The notes beneath the pieces were generated by a model that did no database searches, was not told the DNA's origin, and saw only the letters and a program-made list of their open reading frames with translations. The position numbers and the translations under genes are program-made. From assembly GCA_965221115.1 (NCBI GenBank), contig CBDCRU010000002.1:4700-68699 (forward strand): a stretch of 64,000 bases of DNA. Reading direction: 5' to 3'. Shown here piece after piece: positions 1 through 8,928 of the stretch (position 1 is the first letter of the stretch; each line of letters starts with the position of its first letter). Source of the stretch: Alphaproteobacteria bacterium (GTDB lineage Bacteria > Pseudomonadota > Alphaproteobacteria > SP197).

Positions 1-356
1 CCAGGCTCGGCTACACATCGCCCCAGACCATCGCCGAAGGTTTCGACGAGGTGATGGCGCTTGGCGGCGACGTGGTCTGCCTCTTCCACTCGGCCATCAG
101 TGCGACCGACGCGGCTCTCGACGTCGTGCGCGACAGGTGGAAGGGGCCAATCTGCGTCTATCCCGAGGCCGAGCGCATGGACTATGTCGACACCTACCGC
201 GACAGGAACGCGGCGACACCGGTCTCGCCGGACGATTTCGTGGCGTGGGCCACGGGTTGCGTCGAGGCCGGCGTGCAGGTGGTGGGAGGTTGCTGCGGCA
301 TCGAGATCGAGCACATCCGGCCGCTCCGCGACGCACTGCCGACACATCTGCCCTGA
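1..356 (+). CDS. Homocysteine S-methyltransferase-family protein, C-terminal fragment (5' end outside window)
   Basis: Frame of ORF 51..356 stays open to the window edge. C-terminus GVQVVGGCCGIEIEHI carries the GGCCG cysteine pair typical of Hcy-binding methyltransferase domains. Confidence 0.7.
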   Translation, partial: RLGYTSPQTIAEGFDEVMALGGDVVCLFHSAISATDAALDVVRDRWKGPICVYPEAERMDYVDTYRDRNAATPVSPDDFVAWATGCVEAGVQVVGGCCGIEIEHIRPLRDALPTHLP

Positions 357-516
357 CGACGAACTCGACGCTCTCCCTGGAGGAACGCAAGCACCTGGAA
401 ATCACTGAAGACCAAGAGGATGCTGCCAGTATCGAAGGCAGCCTCGCCATGTGACGTCGTTTCCGTGAGTGCGGAGACCTCGCGACCTGACACCAAGACT
501 CTTCGTCCTTCGCCAG

Positions 517-939
517 CTACCGCAAGGGGTTGACGATCTGAAGCCCTCGGAAATCGCGTTCGTTATCCGTCACAACCACGCAGTCGTTCACCTCCGCCAC
601 AGCTGCGAGGATCATGTCGAGAGCGCTGCGCGGGCGACCCTCCGCCTTGCCTTCGGCCATCAAGCGGGCCCAGATCAGACCGGCCTTGTCGTCAAATGAC
701 AGTATGCGCCCCGCAAAGAGCGCTTGAGGTCCTTCTCCGCCTGCAAACCAGGCTTCGAGGCCGTCCCTCTTCCTGCCGCTGGGCATTTCGAGAATGCCGC
801 GCCGAATCTCGGCAACAGTCAGTGAGGAAACAAACAGGTCTTCGTCGCGCTGGCCGGCCATCCACTCGATCAGGTGCTCGGATGGTTGCGGCTTGACAGC
901 GTTGCTGATGATGTTGGTGTCGAGGAGATATCGCGTCAA
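517..939 (-). CDS. vapC: Type II toxin VapC (PIN-domain ribonuclease)
   Basis: 140 aa. N-terminal YLLDTNIIS and C-terminal VVVTDNERDF..IVNP are PIN-domain hallmarks. Start overlaps the upstream antitoxin stop by 4 nt. Confidence 0.9.
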   Translation of the reverse strand: MTRYLLDTNIISNAVKPQPSEHLIEWMAGQRDEDLFVSSLTVAEIRRGILEMPSGRKRDGLEAWFAGGEGPQALFAGRILSFDDKAGLIWARLMAEGKAEGRPRSALDMILAAVAEVNDCVVVTDNERDFRGLQIVNPLR

Positions 940-1238
940 AGATCGACCCTGCGTCCTTCAATCCGCGGCCGCGACAGGTCGAGATCGGCACCGACCAACG
1001 GCGAGCGGCGGAGCGCTGCCAGAATCCCGCCAGGCTTTCGCGGACCATCCGCAACCAGCGCCTTGACCGCAGCTCGTGCCCGATCCGCCTCCGGCCCATC
1101 TTCGGCCAGGCGACGCGCAAGTGTGCGCAGCATTTCCCGGTCGGTTTCGAGCGCCATGACCTCAAACCGCTTGAAGCCACGCTGTTCCAGACGCGCTCGG
1201 TAGTTCCTGGTCGCCCTTTGCTGTGCTGCGTTGGTCAC
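936..1238 (-). CDS. Antitoxin partner of VapC
   Basis: GTG at 1238 is preceded by GGAGG (complement of 1245..1249). 100 aa. Stop overlaps the vapC start. The longer ATG start at 1292 has no SD. Confidence 0.7.
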   Translation of the reverse strand: MTNAAQQRATRNYRARLEQRGFKRFEVMALETDREMLRTLARRLAEDGPEADRARAAVKALVADGPRKPGGILAALRRSPLVGADLDLSRPRIEGRRVDL

Positions 1239-1400
1239 GGTCGGCCTCCAATCTATAGCTGGACATATATACCAGATCTGTTTTCCCGGCAAGCGAGAAC
1301 AGGAACCCAGCCGGCGGGCAGAACGTCATGACCGTCAGGAATCGTGTCTGCGGCGCGACCCCTGAATTGCGGCCTGCAGAATTCATGCGCCGACCGCGCC

Positions 1401-1577
1401 GACGCTACGATCGCGCACACCTCCTTGGACCGCCTTGTTCAGCCGGAGGATATCGCCCACGCCTGCCTGTTTCTGCTCTCGGACAAGGCGTCGTTCATCA
1501 CCGGCATCGACATGGTCGTCGATGGAGCGATCATGGCCAAGCTCTTGCCGGGAGCGCTCACGGCGGTCACGAGATGA
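1401..1577 (+). pseudogene. 3' remnant of a short-chain dehydrogenase/reductase gene
   Basis: QPEDIAHACLFLLSDKASFITGIDMVVDG is an SDR C-terminus. No Rossmann (TGxxxGIG) or YxxxK part precedes it. Left boundary approximate. Confidence 0.55.
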
Positions 1578-2607
1578 AGGCTGCGAACAAGAGCCCGCTC
1601 AGGATCGCGCCGGCGATGCCGAAGCAGAGGTAGGCGGCGAACACCTGCCGGCGCACGATCGACCACACGGCTACCATGGCCGGGATGCAGCTCACCGCGC
1701 CTGCCACCATGAACGCCATGGCGGCGCCCGGACCCATGCCCTGCTCCATGAGGCCGGAGACGAGCGCGGGCGCGGCGTAGCCGTTGAGGTAGGCGGGCGC
1801 ACCCACCAGCGCGCCCATCACGATAGGCCACAGTCCTTCCCCGCCGACGACGCCGGCGATCATCTCGGCCGGCACGTAGGTGACGAGCAGGCCCTCGATC
1901 AGATAGGCCAGCACGAGCCATTTCACGAGGAAGCACGCATTCGCGGTCCCTTCGGTGCGGAATGCGGCCCGCCGGGCCGGCTCCCGCCAGAAGCGCCAGA
2001 CCGGTTCACCCTCTTCCAACCCGCTGGAGGTTCCGCAGCTTCCCCCGCCCGCGCCTGGGCGGAGCGGTTCGGCGAAGGCGCCGCGCGAGACGAGCAGGCG
2101 CGCCCCGAAGCCACCGAAGAGCCCGAGCGCCACCGCCGCAGCGGCCTTGCCCACCGCGAAGTCCCAGCCGAGCGCGCCGGCGGTGATGAGCATGCTGGAG
2201 GGATCGATGAGCGGCGATGACAGCCAGAACGCCATGATCGCCGAGAGAGGAACGCCCACGGCAAGCAGTCCGGCGACAAGAGGAATGACCTCGCACGAGC
2301 AGAATGGCGCGAGCCCGCCGATGAGCGCCGCGAGCACGATCATGCGCGTCTCGCGGCCTTCGAAGGCGTGGGGGACGAGCGCAGTGGCCCCTGTCGCCTT
2401 CAGGGCCGCAATGAGCACGACGGCTGCGGCAATGTAGGGCAGGGTTCCGGCAAACGCTTCGGCAGCGATGAGGAGGATGTCCACGACGTTCGCCGCATCC
2501 AGCAGCGCGACCGCAACTGGGATGAGGAGGATCAACGTCCAGGCGGACAGCGAGCCCCGCGCGCCCGTGTGGAGGACGTGGACACTGCGAAGAACGAGCG
2601 CGGTCAC
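1567..2607 (-). CDS. Multi-pass permease, COG0701/ArsP-like family
   Basis: Hydrophobic multi-TM protein with the vicinal-cysteine motif LAPFCSCEVIP. GTG at 2607 overlaps the ArsR stop (GTGA), so it is co-transcribed with the regulator. Confidence 0.75.
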   Translation of the reverse strand: MTALVLRSVHVLHTGARGSLSAWTLILLIPVAVALLDAANVVDILLIAAEAFAGTLPYIAAAVVLIAALKATGATALVPHAFEGRETRMIVLAALIGGLAPFCSCEVIPLVAGLLAVGVPLSAIMAFWLSSPLIDPSSMLITAGALGWDFAVGKAAAAVALGLFGGFGARLLVSRGAFAEPLRPGAGGGSCGTSSGLEEGEPVWRFWREPARRAAFRTEGTANACFLVKWLVLAYLIEGLLVTYVPAEMIAGVVGGEGLWPIVMGALVGAPAYLNGYAAPALVSGLMEQGMGPGAAMAFMVAGAVSCIPAMVAVWSIVRRQVFAAYLCFGIAGAILSGLLFAAFIS

Positions 2608-2987
2608 TTCGCCTGTCCTTCCAGCGCAGCCCATGCGGCAAGAGCCTCGGGCGAGGGCCTGGCGTCGGCGCAGCACGCTTCCAGCAGGAAGGCGGCGAGG
2701 GCTTCGATGCGTCGATAGGCGGCGCGGTTGATGACAGTGCGGCCTCGGCGCTCCTGATCAACCAGTCCGCCCGCAGCGAGAAATCCCAGATGGTGAGCCA
2801 GAGTGGAGGCCGGGATGGCCGTGCGCTCCTGTATCTCGCCCACGGTCAGCCCGTTGACGCCGGCGCGCACCAGCAGCCGCAGCACCATGAGCCTCGGCTC
2901 GGAGCCGCAGGCAGCGAATCCCTGTGCCGCTTCCTCCAGCACCAAGGCAGCAAGGAACGGCCCGTGATCATGTTGCTTCATATCCAT
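2604..2987 (-). CDS. ArsR/SmtB-family transcriptional regulator
   Basis: 127 aa. wHTH segment EPRLMVLRLLVRAGVNGLTVGEIQERTAIPASTLAHHLGFLAAGGLV is typical of ArsR. An AT-rich promoter region lies upstream (2988..3060). Confidence 0.85.
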   Translation of the reverse strand: MDMKQHDHGPFLAALVLEEAAQGFAACGSEPRLMVLRLLVRAGVNGLTVGEIQERTAIPASTLAHHLGFLAAGGLVDQERRGRTVINRAAYRRIEALAAFLLEACCADARPSPEALAAWAALEGQAK

Positions 2988-3166
2988 ATAACTAGTTTTG
3001 TAGTTCTCTTGTCGAATGTCAAGGACTGCTCTGCTTTAGGAATCCATGCAGTCTGCGGTTTTCGGAAGTCATGAGAGCGCGTCCGACTTTGACGGACGCG
3101 TGACAGGCCACGACTGCGGCGCAGGGTCCGGCCTCTTCCCGGAAGGGCCGAGCGATCCAGGAGGCG

Positions 3167-3685
3167 TCAGTCGGGGCGGGAGAGGCCCAGGCGCTCGTGC
3201 CACGCGGCCAGCGATTCCTCCGGGTAGCCGTCGAACTGCCGGTCCCTCGGCCCGATGCGGGCTTCGACCCAGGAGGGCTTGTCCGCGAGCATCAGGTGAG
3301 TGCGTTCGGGAGGGACGGGGAGCTCAGTGTCGATGGCGGAGGCAAGGGGATGCACGAGGTCCGGCCAGCGCGGATCCCACAGCCACAGCGATGTGCCGCA
3401 AAGAGCGCAGAAGCTGCGCTGGGCCGGACTGATCTCCTCGCGCATCACCGCGTTATAGACGCTGCGATGCTCTTCCCCCTCGACCTCCAGACTCTCGTAG
3501 TCCGCGCCGAGGTTGATCGCGTAGCCCCCGCCGCCGCCGGTCTTTCGACAGATGCTGCAGTAGCAGAGGTTGAAGGGATAGGGGTGGGCGGAACGGACGC
3601 GGAACCGGATGGCGCCGCAGTGGCACGAACCTTCCAGCTGCATGACGGCATTCCCTCGCTTCGGCTTCCCGTCACTCTCCGTCAT
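3167..3685 (-). CDS. GFA-family protein (glutathione-dependent formaldehyde-activating / CENP-V fold)
   Basis: GSCHCGAIRF ... CYCSICRK ... FCALCG cysteine pattern of the GFA domain. ATG at 3685; alternative ATG at 3643. The rest of the 320-aa ORF is Arg/Pro-rich filler. Confidence 0.8.
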   Translation of the reverse strand: MTESDGKPKRGNAVMQLEGSCHCGAIRFRVRSAHPYPFNLCYCSICRKTGGGGGYAINLGADYESLEVEGEEHRSVYNAVMREEISPAQRSFCALCGTSLWLWDPRWPDLVHPLASAIDTELPVPPERTHLMLADKPSWVEARIGPRDRQFDGYPEESLAAWHERLGLSRPD

Positions 3686-3732
3686 CGGCAAGGGTCGGGG
3701 CAAGCGGCCACGTTCATTTCGGATCGTGGAAT

Positions 3733-4188
3733 TCAGGAACGGTCGAGGCGGCCCTTCGGGGGGTCGTCGACGGGCTCCCACTCGCCTTCGATGGTGCGGC
3801 TGCCGGGACGCGACTGCGCGGCGGCGACGTGGATGAAGCGGCCGAGAGCAAGGGCGAGGATGGCGCGGAACGGGGGCAGGAGGAGCAGGAACCCCGCCGC
3901 GTCGCTGAAGAAACCCGGGACCAGAAGCATCACGCCGGCGACGAGAATGCAGGCGCCGGCGAACATGTCGCCCAGCGGCAATCCACCCTGGCGCAGGGTG
4001 GTGCGCACCCTTTCGAGCGTCGATCGGCCCTGGTGGCGCACGATGGCCGCGCCGGCAACGGCCGTCGCGACACAAAGCGCGACCGTCCACCAGGCGCCGA
4101 CGAAACCGCCGACCTCGACGAGCAGCCACACCTCGACGAGGGGAAGGCCGATGAAGAGGGCGAGGAGAAGGATGGGCATGGCGTTCAT
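3733..4188 (-). CDS. fxsA: FxsA-family membrane protein
   Basis: 151 aa. LLLALFIGLPLVEVWLLVEVG and LLVPGFFSDAAGFLLLLPPFR are characteristic FxsA (UPF0716) segments. Confidence 0.85.
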   Translation of the reverse strand: MNAMPILLLALFIGLPLVEVWLLVEVGGFVGAWWTVALCVATAVAGAAIVRHQGRSTLERVRTTLRQGGLPLGDMFAGACILVAGVMLLVPGFFSDAAGFLLLLPPFRAILALALGRFIHVAAAQSRPGSRTIEGEWEPVDDPPKGRLDRS

Positions 4189-4297
4189 CTATAGGGGTGT
4201 TGGCCCGATCGCGCCACTGGCGACTCGACCCCGGCGCAGCAAGGGACTAGATTGCGAGGGAGGCGGCATCGCGCATGTTGCCGGACGACGATTCGAC

Positions 4298-4963
4298 GTG
4301 GCGGGCGGACTCGTGGACATTCTGATCTTCGCCGTGCTGGCGGCAGTGATCTTCTTCAAACTGTTCAATGTCCTTGGGCGGCGAACCGGGAACGAACAGC
4401 CGCCGCCAGCGCCGATGCCCGGTCCGGTCGCCGACAACGATGATCAGGGAACCGTACTGCCCTTCAGGCGCGAGGAAAAGGACGACGCCGAGGCCGACGG
4501 TTCGGGAGATCCCCTCGCCCAGGGTCTCGACAGGATCAGGCGCGCCGATCGCGGCTTCAACGTGGACGAGTTCCACGCCGGGGCGCGCCAGGCGTTCGGC
4601 ATGATCCTCGATGCCTTCCACAAGGGCGATCTCGAACCTGTCCGGGGGTTCCTCGACGACGAGGTCCATCGCAGTTTCAGCCAGGCCATTGACGATCGCG
4701 ACCAGCACGGCACGATGCGGCAGATCGAATTGGTGGCCATCGTCGACTGCGAAGCCATTGAAGCCGTCATGAGCGGCCGCCAGGCAAGCGTCACGGTGCG
4801 CTTCCGCTCCAACCAGATCGACGTGGTCAAGGACAGCGAGAACCGCATCATCGCCGGAGATCCGACGAGCACCATCGAGGTGACGGATATCTGGACATTC
4901 TCCCGCGACACCCGTGCACGCGATCCCAACTGGCTGCTGGTCGCCACCCGCAGCCCCGCCTGA
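4298..4963 (+). CDS. Tim44-like domain protein
   Basis: C-terminal 221 codons of the 588-aa ORF. N-terminal TM helix (ILIFAVLAAVIFFKLFNVLGRR), then a Tim44-like domain (VTDIWTFSRDTRARDPNWLLVAT). Start assigned to GTG 4298, which is uncertain. Confidence 0.75.
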   Translation: MAGGLVDILIFAVLAAVIFFKLFNVLGRRTGNEQPPPAPMPGPVADNDDQGTVLPFRREEKDDAEADGSGDPLAQGLDRIRRADRGFNVDEFHAGARQAFGMILDAFHKGDLEPVRGFLDDEVHRSFSQAIDDRDQHGTMRQIELVAIVDCEAIEAVMSGRQASVTVRFRSNQIDVVKDSENRIIAGDPTSTIEVTDIWTFSRDTRARDPNWLLVATRSPA

Positions 4964-4964
4964 C

Positions 4965-6062
4965 GTGGCGGGCTTATGCCGGCTGGCCATTCCGGCGCTC
5001 CTTGGTCTCATGCTCGCCGCGACCGGGTGTGACCACGGCCGAGAGCGCCCTTCGGCCTTCGGCCTCCAGGATGCGCACTTTGCCGACATCCCGGGCTGGA
5101 ACGAGGACGACCACGCGGAGGCCTTTGCCGCCTTCGTGATCTCCTGTGAGGCCATCGAACGGCAGGACCCGGACATCCCCCTTGGTCGCAAGCCCGCCAT
5201 GGCGACCGTGTCACTGTGGCAGGAACGATGCCGGTTGGCCCGCAACACCGCCGGCAGCGGCGCGAAGGCCTTCTTCGAGACCTGGTTCCGGCCCTGGCGC
5301 GTGACCGGGTCCGGCGGAAGCCTCTTCACCGGGTACTTCGAACCCCTCCTCGCGGGTTCAAGGACAAGGACCGGGCCCTGGCTCTGGCCGATCTACCGGA
5401 AGCCGGACGGTCTGTCGCCGCTTCCCGACCGCGCCGCCATCGATGCCGGCGCCCTTGACGGCATGGGTCTCGAGCTCCTCTGGGTCGACGACCCTGTCGA
5501 TGCCTTCTTCCTGCATGTCCAGGGAAGCGGCAGGGTGCGCCTCGAGGACGGCAGCGAGGTCCTTCTCGGATACGCCGGTGGCAACGGCCACCCCTATACG
5601 TCGATCGGCAAGGAACTCATCCGGCGCGGCGAGATCGCGGCCGACGACATCTCCATGGCGTCGATCCGGGCCTGGCTTGCCTCCCGTCCGGACGAGGCGG
5701 CCGGCCTCCTCGCTCTCAACCGCAGCTATGTCTTCTTCCGCGAGCTCGAGGGCGAGGGACCGGTGGGGGCCCAGGGAGTACCCCTGACGCCAGGGCGCAG
5801 TCTCGCCGTGGACGACGCCTTCTTCGCCTACGGGGTGCCTCTTTGGCTGGAGACGACCCTGCCCGACGGCGCGCCGTGGCAGCGCCTCATGATCGCCCAG
5901 GACACCGGCAGCGCCATTACCGGCGCGGTGCGCGGCGACATCTTCTTCGGCGCAGGCGACTGGGCTGCCCGGATGGCCGGCGCCATGAAATCGTCAGGAC
6001 GTGCCTGGGTCCTGCTGCCGGCGACCATCGCGGTCTCGCTGATGGCCTCTGCCGAACCATGA
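4965..6062 (+). CDS. mltA: Membrane-bound lytic murein transglycosylase A
   Basis: Lipoprotein-like signal (LLGLMLAATGC) and MltA body (FFLHVQGSGRV, PYTSIGKELI, AQDTGSAITG). GTG 4965 lies 2 nt after the previous stop. Confidence 0.85.
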   Translation: MAGLCRLAIPALLGLMLAATGCDHGRERPSAFGLQDAHFADIPGWNEDDHAEAFAAFVISCEAIERQDPDIPLGRKPAMATVSLWQERCRLARNTAGSGAKAFFETWFRPWRVTGSGGSLFTGYFEPLLAGSRTRTGPWLWPIYRKPDGLSPLPDRAAIDAGALDGMGLELLWVDDPVDAFFLHVQGSGRVRLEDGSEVLLGYAGGNGHPYTSIGKELIRRGEIAADDISMASIRAWLASRPDEAAGLLALNRSYVFFRELEGEGPVGAQGVPLTPGRSLAVDDAFFAYGVPLWLETTLPDGAPWQRLMIAQDTGSAITGAVRGDIFFGAGDWAARMAGAMKSSGRAWVLLPATIAVSLMASAEP

Positions 6063-6820
6063 CGCCGACCCGACCCCGCGTGGCGCTTCTCGTCACCTGT
6101 CTCGTCGATCTCTTCCGTCCGTCGGTCGGATTTGCCGCGGTGCGCCTGCTCGAGGATGCCGGGTGCGAGGTCGAGGTCCCGGCGCAATCGTGCTGCGGGC
6201 AGCCGGCCTACAATTCAGGCGAGCGGCACCTTGCCATGAAGGTCGCCCGGACCATGCTCGATGCGCTGGAAGACCATGACTACGTGGTGGCGCCCTCGGG
6301 CTCGTGCGCCGGCATGGTGATGCGGCACTACCCCACCCTCTTTGCCGGAACCCGTGACGAGGAGCGTGCCCGTGCCCTCAGCCAGCGCACCTTCGAACTC
6401 ACCCGATTTCTCGTCGAGGTCCGGGGCGTCACGATGACGGGAAGCCGCTTCGAAGGGACGGTCACCTGGCACGATTCATGCTCGTGCCTGCGCGAGTCCG
6501 GCACCCGGGAGGCCCCGAGGACCCTGCTCGCGGCCGTCGAGGGCGCGGTCCTCAAGGAGGCGAAGGACCGGGAGGTCTGTTGCGGATTCGGTGGCACCTT
6601 CTGCGTCAAGTACCCCGCCATCTCCACCGCCATGGCGAGGGACAAGGCGGCGAGTCTCGAGGAAACGGGCGCCGATACGGTTCTCTCGGCCGATCTCGGT
6701 TGCCTGCTCAACATTGCCGGGATTCTGCGCCGCCAGGGTTCGCGCATGAAGGTGCGTCACGTGGCGGAGGTGCTGGCGAATGACACGGCAGGACCTGCCA
6801 TCGGCGAGGCGAAGCCGTGA
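6059..6820 (+). CDS. lutA: Lactate utilization protein A, (Fe-S)-binding CCG-domain oxidoreductase
   Basis: RVALLVTCLVD..., CCGQPAYNSG and CCGFGGTFCVKYP repeats (CCG domains). ATG overlaps the mltA stop (ATGA). Confidence 0.85.
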   Translation: MTPTRPRVALLVTCLVDLFRPSVGFAAVRLLEDAGCEVEVPAQSCCGQPAYNSGERHLAMKVARTMLDALEDHDYVVAPSGSCAGMVMRHYPTLFAGTRDEERARALSQRTFELTRFLVEVRGVTMTGSRFEGTVTWHDSCSCLRESGTREAPRTLLAAVEGAVLKEAKDREVCCGFGGTFCVKYPAISTAMARDKAASLEETGADTVLSADLGCLLNIAGILRRQGSRMKVRHVAEVLANDTAGPAIGEAKP

Positions 6821-8241
6821 CGCTCCACCGGCTTGCAAGCGAACGGTTTCGCGAAGGCGCCGACGAGGCGCTCGCGGATGACCAGCTGCAGGCCAATCTC
6901 GCCAAGCTCAGGGGCAACTTCCTGGCGCGGCGGGCCCGGGCCCGGGACTCGCTTCCGGAGTTCGACGCCCTTGTCGACGAAGCGGTCGGCATCAAGAACC
7001 ACGTCCTCGATCACCTCGATACCTATCTCGTCGCCTTCGAGGAGGCCGTCAAGGCTTCGGGGGGCCGTGTCCACTGGGCGCGTGACGACGCCGAGGCACG
7101 CCGGATCGTGCTGAAGATCTGCCGGGACGCCGGGGCATCGACCGTCACCAAGGGCAAGACCATGGTGAGCGAGGAGATCGGTCTCAATGCCTGGCTCGAA
7201 CAGGCCGGCATCGAGGCGGTGGAGACCGATCTTGGCGAATACATCGTGCAGCTCGCCGGCGAGGCTCCCAGCCACATCATCGCCCCCGCCATTCACAAGA
7301 ACCGGCGCCAGATCAGCGCCCTCTTCAACCACCATCACGAGGACCTCCCCGACCGCGAAGCCGACGACCTCGACGGCCTTCTCGCCGATGCGAGGCAGAT
7401 GCTGCGCGGCCGCTTCCTGGCGGCCGACGTCGGAATCACCGGCGCCAACTTCCTGATCGCCGAAACCGGCCAGACGGTGATCGTGACCAACGAGGGCAAC
7501 GGCGACCTCACCCAGCTTCTCTCAGGTGTCCACGTGGTGCTGGCAGGGATCGAGAAGATCGTCCCGACCCTCGAGGACGCCTCCACCCTGTTGCGCCTGC
7601 TTGCCCGTTCGGCGACCGGCCAGGACATGACGTCCTACACGACCTTCTCCGCCGGACCCCGGCGCCACGAGGATCATGACGGTCCCGAGGCTTTTCACGT
7701 CGTCCTGGTCGACAACGGGCGCACGGGTCTCCTTGGCGGGCCGAACCGCGATCTCCTGCGCTGCATCCGTTGCGGGTGCTGTCTCAATGCCTGCCCGGTC
7801 TATGCCAAGGTTGGCGGGCATGCCTACGGCTCTCCCTACTCCGGTCCGATCGGCGCGGCGCTGACACCGTCCCTCGCCGGACTCGCGCGGACCTCGCACC
7901 TCCCCAACGCCTCGTCGTTGTGCGGACGCTGCGAGGAAGTCTGCCCGATGAGGATCCCCGTGCCCGGTATCCTGCGCCGCCTGCGCGACGAGGAGGCGCA
8001 GCGCGGCGCATCACCGCCGGTCATGCGCACCGGACTTCAGCTGTGGTCCGCGATCGCCTCCCGGCCATGGCTCTATCGCCCGCTCACGTCGCTGACGACA
8101 CGCATCCTCGCCGCCATGGGACGCCGCCGGGGACACCTGCCGCATCTGCCCTTCACGCGGGCGTGGACACGCACGAGAGACCTTGCGAGCCCGGCCGGCG
8201 CCACCTTCCAGAGCCGGTGGGAAGCAGGCAAACGTCCATGA
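6817..8241 (+). CDS. lutB: Lactate utilization iron-sulfur protein LutB
   Basis: 474 aa. TDLGEYIVQL, NFLIAETGQTVIVTNEGNG and ferredoxin-type CIRCGCCLNACP / CGRCEEVCP clusters. Overlaps lutA and lutC ends. Confidence 0.9.
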   Translation: MTLHRLASERFREGADEALADDQLQANLAKLRGNFLARRARARDSLPEFDALVDEAVGIKNHVLDHLDTYLVAFEEAVKASGGRVHWARDDAEARRIVLKICRDAGASTVTKGKTMVSEEIGLNAWLEQAGIEAVETDLGEYIVQLAGEAPSHIIAPAIHKNRRQISALFNHHHEDLPDREADDLDGLLADARQMLRGRFLAADVGITGANFLIAETGQTVIVTNEGNGDLTQLLSGVHVVLAGIEKIVPTLEDASTLLRLLARSATGQDMTSYTTFSAGPRRHEDHDGPEAFHVVLVDNGRTGLLGGPNRDLLRCIRCGCCLNACPVYAKVGGHAYGSPYSGPIGAALTPSLAGLARTSHLPNASSLCGRCEEVCPMRIPVPGILRRLRDEEAQRGASPPVMRTGLQLWSAIASRPWLYRPLTSLTTRILAAMGRRRGHLPHLPFTRAWTRTRDLASPAGATFQSRWEAGKRP

Positions 8242-8906
8242 GTGATGCCCGCCAGTTCATCCTGTCGCGCATCCGCGAGGCGCGCCCGGCCGGCCGGGAT
8301 GACGATGCAGCGGCACGGCTCAGGGAGCACCGGCGCAATCTGCAACCCGAGTGCGCGCTCACTCCGGGTGCCGATCTCGTCGACGTCTTCACCCGCAAGG
8401 CCGAGGCCGTGCAGGCGAGCGTGGTGCGTGTGACGAACCTCGCCGACGTGCCGTCGGAGGTGTCCCGCTACCTGCGCCAGCGCAATCTTCCTGCACACGT
8501 CGCCGTCGCTCCCCATGACGATCTCGCGACCATGGACTGGGCAGCGACGGCGATCACCGCCGAACGGCGCAAACCCGTCGACAGCGATCACTGCGGGGTC
8601 AACCGGGCCTTCTGCGCGGTCGCCGAAACAGGCACGCTCATCATGGCCTCGGGCCCCGACAGCCCTTCCACGATGAACTTTCTCCCCGAAACGCATGTTG
8701 CCGTCCTGAAGGAAAGCGATATAGTCGGCGCCGCCGAGGACGTCTGGGACCGGCTGAGAGCCTCCGGCCGTGCCTCGGCAGGGTCCCTGCCCCGTACCGT
8801 CAACATGATCACCGGCGTCAGCCGTACCGGTGACATCGAACAGACCATCCAGACCGGCGTGCACGGGCCGCGACACCTTCACATTGTTCTTGTGAAGGAG
8901 ACGTGA
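8238..8906 (+). CDS. lutC: Lactate utilization protein C (LUD domain)
   Basis: ATG 8238 overlaps the lutB stop. GVNRAFCAVAETGTLIM ... HVAVL ... GPRHLHIVLV is the LutC/YkgG pattern. Confidence 0.8.
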   Translation: MSDARQFILSRIREARPAGRDDDAAARLREHRRNLQPECALTPGADLVDVFTRKAEAVQASVVRVTNLADVPSEVSRYLRQRNLPAHVAVAPHDDLATMDWAATAITAERRKPVDSDHCGVNRAFCAVAETGTLIMASGPDSPSTMNFLPETHVAVLKESDIVGAAEDVWDRLRASGRASAGSLPRTVNMITGVSRTGDIEQTIQTGVHGPRHLHIVLVKET

Positions 8907-8928
8907 CAGCCGTCGGAGGCGCGCCTTC

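Noticed and set aside
2988-3060. ArsR operator in the AT-rich region upstream of the regulator gene
   Set aside because: Only a short palindrome (AACTAGTT) and a TGTC-N4-TGTC direct repeat are visible, which is not enough to call a site. There is no match to the GTGACAG repeats upstream of gap-arsJ.
3197-4297. N-terminal 367 codons of the 588-aa plus-strand ORF
   Set aside because: It runs antisense to the well-supported GFA and fxsA genes, is Arg/Pro/Gly-rich, and has no family resemblance. Only the last ~221 codons look like a real (Tim44-like) protein.
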